The position numbers and the translations under genes were made by a program. Positions 20,864 through 31,160 of a stretch of 64,000 nucleotides of DNA are shown here, in pieces. Source of the DNA: an uncultured Acidobacteriota bacterium (GTDB lineage: Bacteria > Acidobacteriota > Thermoanaerobaculia > UBA5066 > DATFVB01); the NCBI GenBank assembly GCA_963773815.1, contig CAVZCI010000003.1, positions 219,669-283,668 on the forward strand, given 5' to 3'. The notes below the pieces were generated by a model. It was not told the origin of the DNA and did no database searches. It worked only from the letters and a program-made list of their open reading frames with translations. Position 1 is the first letter of the stretch; each line of letters opens with the position of its first letter.

Positions 20864-22054
20864 GTGGCTGAACCGGACAAAGACGTCGTCATTCTTTCCG
20901 CGGTGAGAACGCCGATCGGGTCGTTTCTCGGTTCCCTTTCCTCGATGACGGCGCCGCAGCTCGGCTCGGCGGCGATCCGGTGCGCGCTCGAAAGGGCGGG
21001 CGTCGCCGGGTCCGAAATCGAGCAGGTCATCTTCGGAAACGTGCTCCAGGCCGGAATCGGCCAGGCGCCCGCGCGGCAGGCGTCGCTCGGCGCGGGAATT
21101 CCGGACACCGTTCCGTGCGTGACGCTCCACAAGGTCTGCGGTTCCGGCATGCGCGCGGTGATGGACGCCGCCAACGGAATCGCGGCCGGCGAATACGAGC
21201 TCGCGGTCGCGGGGGGAATGGAGTCGATGTCGAACGCGCCGTACCTCCTGCAGAAGGCCCGGACGGGCTACCGAATGGGGCCCGGCGAGCTCGTGGACTC
21301 GATGGTGCACGACGGCCTGTGGGACCCGTACAAGAACATCCACATGGGCAATTGCGCCGAGATGTGCGTCGAGAAGTACGCGTTCACGCGCGAGGCGCAG
21401 GACGCGTTCGCGCTCGAGTCGTACCGCCGCGCGCAGGAGGCGACGAGCTCCGGAAAATTCCGCGACGAGATCGTTCCGGTCATGGTTCCGCAGAGGAAGG
21501 GAGACCCGAAGGCGGTCGAGAAGGACGAGGAGCCCTTCGCGGCGCCGCTCGACAAGATCGGGCAGCTCAAGCCCGCCTTCCAGAAGAACGGCTCCGTCAC
21601 GGCCGCGAACTCGTCGAAGATCAACGACGGCGCCGCCGCGCTCGTCGTTTGCTCGGCCGGCCGGGCGAAGGCCATGGGGAAGCGCCCGATCGCCCGCATC
21701 GCCGGCTACGCCGGCGTCGCCCAGGCCCCGGAGTGGTTCACGACCGCGCCGATCGGGGCGATGGAGAAGCTGTTCGCGAAAACGAAAACGAAGAAAGAGG
21801 ACATGGACCTCTTCGAAATCAACGAGGCGTTTGCCGCCGTCGCGATGGCGGCGATCGCGGAGCTGAAGCTCGATCCCGCGAAAGTCAACATCCGGGGCGG
21901 CGCGGTCGCGCTCGGCCACCCGATCGGGGCTTCCGGGGCGCGAATCCTGACGACCCTGCTCCACGCGCTGCGGCAGGAGCACAAAGCGCGCGGAATGGCG
22001 TCGATCTGCATCGGGGGCGGCGAGGCGACCGCGATGATTCTCGAGACGGCCTGA
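20864..22054 (+). CDS. atoB: Acetyl-CoA C-acetyltransferase (thiolase)
   Basis: VRTPIGSF, KVCGSG, NEAFA, GHPIGASG and CIGGG motifs; GGAGG RBS. Confidence 0.95.
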   Translation: MAEPDKDVVILSAVRTPIGSFLGSLSSMTAPQLGSAAIRCALERAGVAGSEIEQVIFGNVLQAGIGQAPARQASLGAGIPDTVPCVTLHKVCGSGMRAVMDAANGIAAGEYELAVAGGMESMSNAPYLLQKARTGYRMGPGELVDSMVHDGLWDPYKNIHMGNCAEMCVEKYAFTREAQDAFALESYRRAQEATSSGKFRDEIVPVMVPQRKGDPKAVEKDEEPFAAPLDKIGQLKPAFQKNGSVTAANSSKINDGAAALVVCSAGRAKAMGKRPIARIAGYAGVAQAPEWFTTAPIGAMEKLFAKTKTKKEDMDLFEINEAFAAVAMAAIAELKLDPAKVNIRGGAVALGHPIGASGARILTTLLHALRQEHKARGMASICIGGGEATAMILETA

Positions 22055-22357
22055 TCAGGCGGCGAACGCTCCGGGCTTGACGTCGCGAAGGACCTTCTTT
22101 CCGACCTGCCGGCGAGCCTCTTCGAGGTCGTAGTCCGTCTGAAGCCCGAGCCAGAAGCGTTCCGAGTTCCCGAAAAAGCGGGCCAGCCGGAGCGCGGTGT
22201 CGGGCGAAATGGCCCGCTTGCAAAGAACGATTTCGTTGACTCGGCGCGGTGTCACGCCCAGCTCACGCGCGAGGCGATTTTGACTCAACCGCAGGGGCTT
22301 GAGGAATTCCTCGCTCAGAACGCGCCCGGGATGGATATTCGGCAACGGATGAGACAT
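22055..22357 (-). CDS. higA: HigA antitoxin (HTH)
   Basis: IHPGRVLSEEFL, ISPDTALRLARFFG, FWLGLQ. Confidence 0.93.
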   Translation of the reverse strand: MSHPLPNIHPGRVLSEEFLKPLRLSQNRLARELGVTPRRVNEIVLCKRAISPDTALRLARFFGNSERFWLGLQTDYDLEEARRQVGKKVLRDVKPGAFAA

Positions 22358-22378
22358 GTTTCGGCCCTCCTCGCCGTC

Positions 22379-22660
22379 TCAGTGGTAGTCCACGAACTCG
22401 ACTTCGTGGGCGTCCCGCGAACGCCAGACGAAGCAGAGCCGGTAGCGATCGTTGACGCGGATGCTGTGCTGCCCCCTGCGGTCTCCGCGGAGTTTCTCCA
22501 GTCGATTCGCGGGCGGGACGCGGAGGTCATTCAAGTTCTGCGCGTTGTTGAGCATTCTGAGCTTTCGGCGGATCACTTCCTGAACCTCCCGGGGAACCTT
22601 TCGCGATTCCTCTCCATTCCAGATCCTCGCCGTTTCGGGGGACCGGAAGGATCGGATCAC
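22379..22660 (-). CDS. higB: HigB toxin (RelE/ParE fold)
   Basis: LRVPPANRLEKLRGDRRGQHSIRVNDRYRLCFVW...VDYH; toxin-first order. Confidence 0.93.
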   Translation of the reverse strand: MIRSFRSPETARIWNGEESRKVPREVQEVIRRKLRMLNNAQNLNDLRVPPANRLEKLRGDRRGQHSIRVNDRYRLCFVWRSRDAHEVEFVDYH

Positions 22661-22666
22661 GTCGAG

Positions 22667-22697
22667 ACTATAACGCCTCGCGACATATGGCGTCAAG
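22667..22697 (-). promoter_or_regulatory. higBA sigma70 promoter with overlapping operator-like inverted repeat
   Basis: TTGACG (22691-96), 18-nt spacer, TATAGT (22667-72); imperfect IR TAACGCC..GGCGTCA spans the spacer. Confidence 0.65.
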
Positions 22698-22841
22698 CGA
22701 CATAGGCGTCGGCAGGGGCACGCGGCCACCGGCTCGCCGTCGAGCAAGTTCACGGGGCGCTCGAGGCCGGGGACGACGCCGCGAAAATCGTTGTCAGCTT
22801 TGAATTGCTCCGTTCGAACCCGGGGGCTATGATCGCGCTCG

Positions 22842-23537
22842 GTGATCAACAAGGTCGTCGCCTCCGCCGATGAAGCCGTCCGGGACGTGCCGGACGGCGC
22901 GGTGCTCGTCGTCGGAGGCTTCGGGCTGTGCGGCATCCCGGAGAACCTGATCGCCGCGCTCGTCCGGAAGAACGTCCGGAACCTCGTCGCCGTCTCGAAC
23001 AACTGCGGCGTCGACGACTGGGGTCTGGGACTGATGCTCCGCAACAAACAGATCCGGAAGATGATGTCCTCCTACGTCGGCGAGAACGCGGAGTTCGAGC
23101 GGCAGTTCATTTCCGGGGAGCTCGAGGTCGAGCTCGTCCCCCAGGGCACGCTCGCGGAGAGGATGCGGGCGGGAGGCGCCGGGATCCCCGCCTTCTACAC
23201 GCCGGCGGGCGCGGGCACGCTCGTCGCGGAGGGAAAAGAAACGCGGTCGTTCGACGGCCGCGAATATCTGCTCGAGCGCGGAATCGTGGGCGACTTCTCG
23301 ATGGTCGCCGCGTGGAAGGGAGATCGGTACGGGAATCTCGTGTACCGGAAGGCCGCCCGCAACTTCAACCCGATGGCCGCGACCGCCGGAAAGATCTCGA
23401 TCGCGGAGGTCGAAGAGCTCGTCGAACCGGGGCAGCTCGACCCGGAATGCGTTCACACGCCGGGAGTGTTCGTCCATCGCGTCGTCGTTGCGCCGCGCGA
23501 AAAGCGGATCGAGCGGCGAACGGTGTCGAAGGCGTGA
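22842..23537 (+). CDS. scoA: 3-oxoacid CoA-transferase subunit A
   Basis: [34 protein letters not shown]. Confidence 0.95.
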   Translation: MINKVVASADEAVRDVPDGAVLVVGGFGLCGIPENLIAALVRKNVRNLVAVSNNCGVDDWGLGLMLRNKQIRKMMSSYVGENAEFERQFISGELEVELVPQGTLAERMRAGGAGIPAFYTPAGAGTLVAEGKETRSFDGREYLLERGIVGDFSMVAAWKGDRYGNLVYRKAARNFNPMAATAGKISIAEVEELVEPGQLDPECVHTPGVFVHRVVVAPREKRIERRTVSKA

Positions 23538-23549
23538 AGCGATGAAACG

Positions 23550-24215
23550 ATGACGCTGCCGCGCGAGGGGATCATCCGGCGGGCCACGAAAGAGCTGCGC
23601 GACGGATTTTTCGTCAATCTCGGAATCGGGATGCCGACGCTCGTCGCGAACCACATTCCTCCGGGAATGGAGGTCATTCTCCAGTCGGAAAACGGCATCC
23701 TCGGCGTCGGCCCGTACCCCGGGAGGACGAAGTCGACGCGGATCTGATCAATGCGGGAAAAGAGACCGTGACGGTCCTGCCCGGCGCTTCGTACTTCTCG
23801 TCGGCGGACTCGTTCGCGATGATCCGCGGCGGCCACATCGACCTCTCGATCCTCGGCGCCATGCAGGTGGACCGCGAGGGCTCGATCGCGAACTACATGA
23901 TCCCCGGAAAGATGGTCAAGGGGATGGGAGGCGCCATGGACCTCGTCGCCGGGGCGCGCCGGCTCGTCGTCACGATGGAGCACGTGTCGCGCGACGGCTC
24001 GCACAAGATCCTGGACGCCTGCACGCTGCCGCTGACCGGGCGGCGCTGCGTCCATCGGCTGATCACCGATCTCTGCGTGTTCGACGTGATCCCCGAGGGA
24101 CGAGGGCTTCGCCTCATCGAGACGGCGCCCGGCGTCTCGCTCGAAGAGATCCGGACGAAGACGGGATGCGATTTTTCGGTCGCGGAGCCGCTGGCAGTCA
24201 TGGATGTCTCTATAA
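23550..24215 (+). CDS. scoB: 3-oxoacid CoA-transferase subunit B; frameshift near 23725, 3' end approximate
   Basis: [17 protein letters not shown] (catalytic Glu), [19 protein letters not shown]. Confidence 0.92.
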
Positions 24216-26623
24216 CCGCTTCGGCGCGCGCAGAAGCTCGCTCTTCCTGGTTCTCTCTTTTCTGCGCGGGAGGTCTGGGGGCCCAGGTCGCCCAGAATTC
24301 CTTCGACGCGAGCGACCCGTTCGCTTCGAGGTTCAAGGAAAAATCCCACTTCGAGATCAAGTTGAAGACCCCGAAGCCGGGCGGACCCGTCAAGATCACC
24401 GCGAAACAGGAAAATTGCCACGAGGACCTGAACGTGTGCGTGGCCGAGGGCGACGTCGTCGTCGAGTACCAGGACGTGAAAATCCAGGCCGACAAGCTCA
24501 CATTCGACCGGCGGACGAACCGGGCCGAGGCGGAAGGGCACGTGGTCATCGATCAGGGCCCGACGCGGATGGCGGGAAGCTCCGCGACCTTCGACCTGAA
24601 CGCGAAAACGGGAACGCTCCACGAAGCGGAGGCGGATCTCGAGCCGACGTTCCACGTGATCGCGAAGACGATTTCCAAAGTCGGGGAAGAAACCTACGAG
24701 ATCGAGGACGGCATCTTCACCGCCTGCTCTGTTCCGCATCCGTCCTGGTCGTTCGCGATGAAAAAGGCGAGGATCACGCTCGACGACTACGCGAGGATGA
24801 AAAACGTCTCCTTCCGGGCGGGGCCCGTTCCCCTGCTGTTCTCGCCCTACCTCCTCTGGCCGACGAAGGAGGGGCGGGTATCCGGATTTCTCGTTCCGGG
24901 GCTCGGGTTCAACAGCACGCGCGGGGCATTTCTCGGGCTCACGTATTACTGGGTGACGGGGCGCTCGACCGACCTCACGTCGGAGCTCGACCTGTATTCG
25001 AAAGGCGTCATCGGGCTGGGAGAGGAGTTCCGATGGGCTCCTTCCGCGGAATCGGCGGGCGTTTTTCAGGGATTCGTGATCCGGGACAACCAGGCCGACA
25101 TCTGCGCCCCGGGAACGTCGGCCGACCCCGCGAAGTTCTGCATCCAGCCGAACGGGACGTCGGGAACTCTCGAAACGACCGCCCGGACCCAGACGCGGTG
25201 GAAGATCCGCCTGGATCACTCTTCGAGCGACCTTCCGTGGGACATGCGCGGCGTCCTTTCGATCCGCGACTATTCCGATCCGAACTATCTGCAGGATTTC
25301 GAGCGGTCTTACGCGCTCAACTCGGCCCGGCAGATCGTTTCCACCGGATTCCTGACGAAGAACATCGGCGACGACTCGCTGAACCTCCGGCTCGAGCGAA
25401 GCGAGACGTTCTTTTCGAACGACGTCCTTCTCGAGCGCACGCCGTCGCTCGAATTCTCGCATCGGACGTCGAAAATCGGGGAGACGCCGCTGTACGCGGC
25501 GCTCGACGCGTCGTTCTCGCGCCTCTTCGTCAACCGCGGGGCGAACGCCCCGCACGGCGGGTACGACCGCGCCGACCTGCATCCGGTTCTCTCGCTGCCC
25601 ATCAAGAACATCCCCTGGCTTTCCTTCACCGCGCGCGTCGGTGGACGCGTGACGGAGTACACCGATTCCGTGACGCCCCTGACCGGAGCGGGGCAATCTT
25701 TCGCGGGGCAGTCGCTCCGTCGGACGTATTCGGAGGCGAGCGCGTCGCTCGTCGGCCCGTCGTTTTCGCGGATCTACGATTTCTCGCTCGGGCCGTTCGA
25801 GCGCTGGAAGCACATCCTCGAACCGCGCGTCGACTACAACTACGTCGCCGACGTGCGTTTCTCGCCGTCGCGCGACTGCACGGGAATCTCTTCCGGCGCG
25901 GAGTGCCCGCAGAACACGCTCGCGAACGTGCCCCTGTTCGACGAGGTGGATTCCGTTTACGGGCAGAATTCCGTGACGTACCGGCTCGTGAACCGGCTTC
26001 TCGCGAAGACGGGAGGCGAAAACGCTCCCGCAGCCCAGGAGATCGCTTCGCTCGACGTGTCGCAGACCTACAACTTCCGCTATCCGCAGACCTCCGTCTC
26101 GCCCGGAACGACGATCGTCCTGCCGCCCCGATCGGGTCCGATCCAGGCCGTGCTGCGCATCGCTCCGGTGCCGGCGTTCCACCTCGACGCGCAGGCCGCG
26201 TACGACCAGTCGGTCTCGCGCGCGACCTCGTTTTCGTTTGCTGCGGGCGCGAACTGGAAGAACGAGTACGCCAGCGTCACGTGGACCGCCTCGCGGCCGA
26301 CCCTGACGACGCCCCCGGGGCCGCCCCCGCCGGTCGGGTACCCCGTGACGTCGCCGAATTCCGATTTCATCCGGGCGTCCGCGGGCGTCAACCTGTTCAC
26401 GCCGAAGCTTCGGCTCGACACGCTGTTGAACTACGACGCGCAGCTCAAGCAGGTCACGGAGGATCGGTCGCTCCTCACGTTCACCGGCTCCTGTTACACG
26501 ATCCTGCTCGAGGTCAGCAACCTCCGCGTCCCGGTCGCGCGCCACGACTACCGGCTCGTCATCAACCTGAAGAACATCGGGACGCTGCTGGATTTGAACG
26601 GGGGGTTGGACAAGATCTTCTGA
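24210..26623 (+). CDS. lptD: LPS-assembly protein LptD; signal peptide in a different frame, start uncertain
   Basis: OstA-like N-domain ([26 protein letters not shown]), PYLLWP, large beta-barrel. Confidence 0.85.
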
Positions 26624-26705
26624 GCACGAGCGCGGGTCACAGGCGCCTCCCTCGAGGAGACGCAGCGCGCCTGGCGGTGGCATCTTTCCGTGCGCGCTCC
26701 TCGGC

Positions 26706-26764
26706 TAAATTTTTTCGCAAGTTGTGCTAAACCGGAGTCTCAGCTGCTCCAGCGAAAAAACTTA
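26706..26764. repeat. AT-rich inverted repeat within a hairpin-rich intergenic region
   Basis: TAAATTTTTTCGC / GCGAAAAAACTTA (12 of 13 complementary), flanked by direct CGCTCCTC. Confidence 0.55.
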
Positions 26765-26978
26765 CGCTCCTCTCGGGCGCCCCGTGACCCGCGCCAGCTC
26801 GCCCGCGAAACTCGTCAGCGGCACGACAGCGAGGCGCGGCGAGCCGCGAGCCAGGTGAGATGCGGGCGAACGCGACGTCCCGAGGCGTACTGCGGCAAGT
26901 ACGTCGCAGGGCGACGCGGGCGGCACGCGCCCACATGGCTCGATGGATCGTCCGCGCCCTTGATAGGATGCCAACTCG

Positions 26979-28043
26979 ATGAAAGGTCTCATCCTCTCCG
27001 GCGGAAAGGGCACGCGGCTGCGGCCGCTGACGCACACGTCCGCGAAGCAGCTCGTGCCGGTCGCGAACAAGCCCGTTCTTTTCTACGCGATCGAGGCGAT
27101 CGTCGCCGCCGGCATCCGGGAGATCGGGATCGTCGTCGGAGACACGCGCGAAGAGGTCAAGGCCGCCGTCGGGGACGGCTCCCGGTTCGGCGCGAAGATC
27201 CGCTACATCGAGCAGGACGCGCCGCGCGGCCTCGCGCACGCGGTGCTGATCTCGGAGGATTTCCTTCGCGGCGAGCCGTTCGTCATGTACCTCGGCGACA
27301 ACCTCATCGCGAGCGGCATCACGTCGCTCGTCGACGAGTTCCAGCGGCTCAAATGCAACTCCCAGATCCTGCTCGCAAAGGTCCCGAATCCGTCGTCGTT
27401 CGGCGTCGCCGAGCTGTCGGACGGCAAAATCGTGCGCCTCGTCGAGAAGCCGGAACACCCGAAGTCGGACCTCGCCCTCGTCGGCGTGTACATGTTCGAC
27501 GACTCGATCTTCGAGGCCGTCCACGCCATTCGGCCTTCGTCCCGCAACGAGCTGGAAATCACCGACGCCATCCAGTGGCTCGTCGATCACGGCCGGTCGG
27601 TGCACCCGCACCTGGTGACCGGCTGGTGGAAAGACACGGGCAAGGTCGAGGACATGCTGGAGGCGAATCGAATCATCCTCGACACCGTTCAGGCGACCAT
27701 TCCGGCGACGCTGGGTCCGGGATCCCGCCTGGAGGGGAAGGTCGTGCTCGAAGAAGGCGCCACGCTCCACAACGCGATCGTCCGAGGCCCCGCCGTCATC
27801 GGAAAGGGCGCCCTGATCGAGAACGCGTTCGTCGGCCCCTACACGGCGATCGGCGCCGGCTGCCGGATCGTGAACTGCGAGATCGAAAATTCGATCGTCT
27901 GGGAGGGCTCGGAGATCCGCGACATCCCCGTGCGCATCGCGGATTCGCTGATCGGGCGCGGCGTCAAGATCCATCGCGGCGAAATCCGCCCGAAAGTCCA
28001 CCGGTTCCTCGTGGGGGACAACTCGGAGATCGGGATCGTATGA
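26979..28043 (+). CDS. rmlA: Glucose-1-phosphate thymidylyltransferase (long form)
   Basis: GGKGTRLRPLT, KQLVPVANKP, RNELEITDA, WWKDTG; C-terminal left-handed beta-helix. Confidence 0.95.
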   Translation: MKGLILSGGKGTRLRPLTHTSAKQLVPVANKPVLFYAIEAIVAAGIREIGIVVGDTREEVKAAVGDGSRFGAKIRYIEQDAPRGLAHAVLISEDFLRGEPFVMYLGDNLIASGITSLVDEFQRLKCNSQILLAKVPNPSSFGVAELSDGKIVRLVEKPEHPKSDLALVGVYMFDDSIFEAVHAIRPSSRNELEITDAIQWLVDHGRSVHPHLVTGWWKDTGKVEDMLEANRIILDTVQATIPATLGPGSRLEGKVVLEEGATLHNAIVRGPAVIGKGALIENAFVGPYTAIGAGCRIVNCEIENSIVWEGSEIRDIPVRIADSLIGRGVKIHRGEIRPKVHRFLVGDNSEIGIV

Positions 28044-28058
28044 ACGCGCTTCGCGCTC

Positions 28059-28120
28059 ACCTCACCCCCCGGCCTTCGGCCTACTCCACTCTGGGCGCAG
28101 CCGTGGAGAGGCGGGAAGGC
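28059..28120. repeat. REP-like palindrome
   Basis: ACCTCACCCCCCGGCCTTCGGCC...GGAGAGG. Confidence 0.6.
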
Positions 28121-28142
28121 CAGCGATTCGGGTTCGAGGTTC

Positions 28143-29155
28143 ATGAAGATCCTCGTCACCGGCGGCTGCGGCTTCATCGGCAGCGCGTTCATCCGCAACG
28201 TGCTCGGGAGCCGCCCCGGCGTTTCCGTCGTCAATCTCGACAAGCTGACCTATGCCGGCAATCCGCGAAACGTCGCGGAAGTCGCCGACTCTCCTTCGTA
28301 CCGCTTCGTTCTCGGCGACATCTGCGATCCCGCGGCCGTCGCCGACGCGATGGCGGGTTGCGACGTCGTCGTGAATTTCGCGGCGGAGACGCACGTCGAC
28401 CGGTCGCTGCTGGGAGACGCCTCGTTCATCGACACGGACGTCAAGGGCGTCTTCGTTCTTCTCGAGGAGGCGAAGCGCATCGGCGTGAAGAAGTTCATCC
28501 AGATCTCGACCGACGAAGTGTACGGTTCGATCGAGACCGGCAGCTTCACCGAGGACTCGAAGCTCACGCCCCGAAATCCGTATTCGGCCTCCAAGGCGGG
28601 AGGCGACCGGCTCGCGTATTCGTACTGGGCGTCTTACAAGGTGCCGGTCGTCATCACGAGGGCGTCGAACAACTACGGTCCCTACCAGTATCCGGAAAAG
28701 CTCATTCCCCTCTTCGTGACGAACGCGCTCGACGATCTCCCCGTCCCTCTTTACGGCGACGGGAAGAACGTGCGCGACTGGCTCCACGTCGACGACCACG
28801 CGGCCGCCGTCGAGTTCCTGATCGATCGGGGCAGCCGGGCGAGGTCTATAACGTCGCGGGCGGAAACGAGACGGAGAACATCGAGATCACGAAGAGAATC
28901 CTGAAGATCCTCGGAAAGCCGGAGAGCCTGATCCGGCCGGTCGTCGACCGGTCCGGCCACGACCGCCGCTATTCGCTCGACGCGGGCAAGCTCGCGCGGC
29001 TCGGCTTTTCGCCGAAGCGCCGCTTCGACGAGGCGATCGAGTCGACCGTGGCCTGGTACGTCGATCACCCCGAGTGGTGGAGGCCGATCAAGGACCACGA
29101 CCCCCACTACCGCGACTACTACAAGACCCAGTATTCCGAACGTCTGCGCTCGTGA
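28143..29155 (+). CDS. rmlB: dTDP-glucose 4,6-dehydratase; frameshift near 28835
   Basis: GGCGFIG, AAETHVDRS, STDEVYG, YSASK, NNYGPYQYPEKLIP; DRSGHDRRY in a second frame. Confidence 0.95.
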
Positions 29156-29167
29156 TTCTTCGCGAGA

Positions 29168-29370
29168 CTCGCTCGGCCCGGATCGCGGCCAGCCCCTGCG
29201 CCGGCTCGGCGAGCGGGTCCTGTCGCGGCACTCGACCCACTTTTCCGCTCGCTGCGGATCGAGGACTTTGCTACGACTCCGCGCCGCGAGCGGCAAAAGG
29301 GGTCTCGCGCCCCGCCACCCGCTCTATTCCTTGCGCCGGCGCCGGGGCTTTCAGCGGCCGGGCGAGCGAG
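29168..29370. mobile_element. MITE-like dispersed repeat, copy 1
   Basis: Terminal IR CTCGCTCGGCCCGG / CCGGGCGAGCGAG; shares a 38-nt identical block with 47472-47645. Confidence 0.6.
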
Positions 29371-29393
29371 ACCAGCGTTTGCGGTCGTCGAGG

Positions 29394-30272
29394 ATGACGT
29401 CCCGCGTTCTCGTCACCGGCGGCAGAGGGATGCTCGCGCTCGACCTGAAGCCGCGGCTCGAGGCGGCGGGCTACGAAGTCGTCTCGCCGAACAAGGCGCA
29501 GCTCGACATCACGCAGGCCGGACACGTCTCCGCGATCTTCGCGACGCTCAAGCCGCAGGCCGTCTTCAATTGCGCCGCATTCACGAAGGTCGACCTTTGC
29601 GAAACCGACCCGCTCGCGGGCGCCGTCAACGACGTGGCGGTCGGAAATCTCGCGGAGGCTTGCCGGCGATTCGGATCCCGGCTCGTGCACGTTTCGACCG
29701 ACTTCGTCTTCGGCGGGGAGAGCCGAGAGCCGTACCGGGAAGAAGACGAAGCCGCGCCCCTCTCGGCGTACGGCCGGACGAAGCGCGGCGGAGAGGTCCG
29801 GGCTTTGTCGCTGCCGGGCGCTCTCGTCGTGCGCGGGTCGTGGCTGTTCGGAAACGGCGGCCCGAACTTCGTCGAGGCGATCCTGAAGCAGGCGGAAGCC
29901 GGCAAGCGAAGCATCCACGTCGTGACCGACCAGACGGGCCGCCCAACGGCGACGACGGATCTCGCGGACGCGCTCGTCGAGCTGTATCGGCTCGGCGCCG
30001 CGGGGGTCGTTCACTTCGCCAACTCCGGAGCAGTCACGTGGAACGAGTTTGCGAAGGAGATCCTGCGCCAGGCGGGCCATGCGGCCGTTGAGGTCGTTCC
30101 GATCACGTCCGAGGAACTGAACCGACCCGCCCGCCGCCCGGCGTATTCGGTTCTGTCGACGGAAAAATTCGAACGATTGACGGGAATGAAGCCGCGCGAT
30201 TTTCGCGAGCCGCTCGCGGAGTACCTGGAACGGCGGGGGGAGCGCGTCGCGCGCGGGGAACATTCGACCTGA
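29394..30272 (+). CDS. rmlD: dTDP-4-dehydrorhamnose reductase
   Basis: GGRGMLA, CAAFTKVD, STDFVF, YGRTK, RPAYSVL. Confidence 0.95.
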   Translation: MTSRVLVTGGRGMLALDLKPRLEAAGYEVVSPNKAQLDITQAGHVSAIFATLKPQAVFNCAAFTKVDLCETDPLAGAVNDVAVGNLAEACRRFGSRLVHVSTDFVFGGESREPYREEDEAAPLSAYGRTKRGGEVRALSLPGALVVRGSWLFGNGGPNFVEAILKQAEAGKRSIHVVTDQTGRPTATTDLADALVELYRLGAAGVVHFANSGAVTWNEFAKEILRQAGHAAVEVVPITSEELNRPARRPAYSVLSTEKFERLTGMKPRDFREPLAEYLERRGERVARGEHST

Positions 30273-30292
30273 AGCGCTCGTATAGTCGGTGG

Positions 30293-31135
30293 ATGTCCGC
30301 CGCGTTGACCCGTTCCGAGCCCGTCGTCCTGCCGGCCAGTCCTTTCGTCCTGACCCTATGGCGATATGCTGTCGGGTTCCGGCAGCCGGCGCACGCCCAC
30401 GACTCCGCTCAGATCACGATTCTCCTTCGCGGAGCGATCCGCGAGAACGTGGAAGGGCGCGAAGAGAACGGAACGCCCCTGAGCGTTGTCGTCAAGCCCG
30501 CGGGGGTGCGCCATGCCGACGAGATCGGTCCCCGCGGCGCCCGCACTCTCCAGGTTGCGTTCGCCGGGGACTTCGCCGAGAACCTGGCTGCCACCGGCGA
30601 CCCCCTCGGGCGGTGGCGCTGGATGCACGCGGGCCCGGCGGTGCGGACGATGCTCGCCCTCGCGGCCGAATTCGGCGCTGCGGGTCCCCTCGATGCTTCT
30701 CTTCTGGAAGATCGCGCCTGGGACGTGCTGGGAGCGATCGGCGAAGACGGATGCGGGACGGGGCGCGATCCTTCGGCGTTACTGCGCCGCGTCAAGGAGA
30801 GGATCGACGATGGCGACGGTCTCTCTGTCCAAGCGCTCGCGCGGGAGGCGCGATTGCATCCCGCTTCGTTGACGCGGGCCTTCCGCCGGTCCTACGGCAT
30901 CTCGGTGGTCTCGTACCGGACGCGAGAGCGTTTTCGCCGCGTGGCCGCGGCGATCGCCGCCGGGGAAGGCGACCTGACGCGCGTCGCCCACGAGCACGGG
31001 TATGCGGACCACGCTCACTTGTGTCGGGACTTCCGGCGGCGCGCGGGGCTCACGCCGTCCGGGTATTCGCGCCTCGTCGCGCGCGTCTGCGCCGGGCTCG
31101 ATTCGTTCAAGCCGTCCCGCCTCGAGACGCGGTAA
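30293..31135 (+). CDS. AraC family transcriptional regulator
   Basis: Cupin-like HAHD N-domain; double HTH (LHPASLTRAFRR; GYADHAHLCRDFRR..GLTP). Confidence 0.92.
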   Translation: MSAALTRSEPVVLPASPFVLTLWRYAVGFRQPAHAHDSAQITILLRGAIRENVEGREENGTPLSVVVKPAGVRHADEIGPRGARTLQVAFAGDFAENLAATGDPLGRWRWMHAGPAVRTMLALAAEFGAAGPLDASLLEDRAWDVLGAIGEDGCGTGRDPSALLRRVKERIDDGDGLSVQALAREARLHPASLTRAFRRSYGISVVSYRTRERFRRVAAAIAAGEGDLTRVAHEHGYADHAHLCRDFRRRAGLTPSGYSRLVARVCAGLDSFKPSRLETR

Positions 31136-31160
31136 GTTCCCGAGCGATGGAGGTGCTGCC

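Noticed and set aside
23768-26623. ScoB-LptD fusion ORF
   Set aside because: The LptD signal peptide is in another frame at about 24220, and a cytoplasmic enzyme fused to an outer-membrane barrel is implausible; indel artefact.
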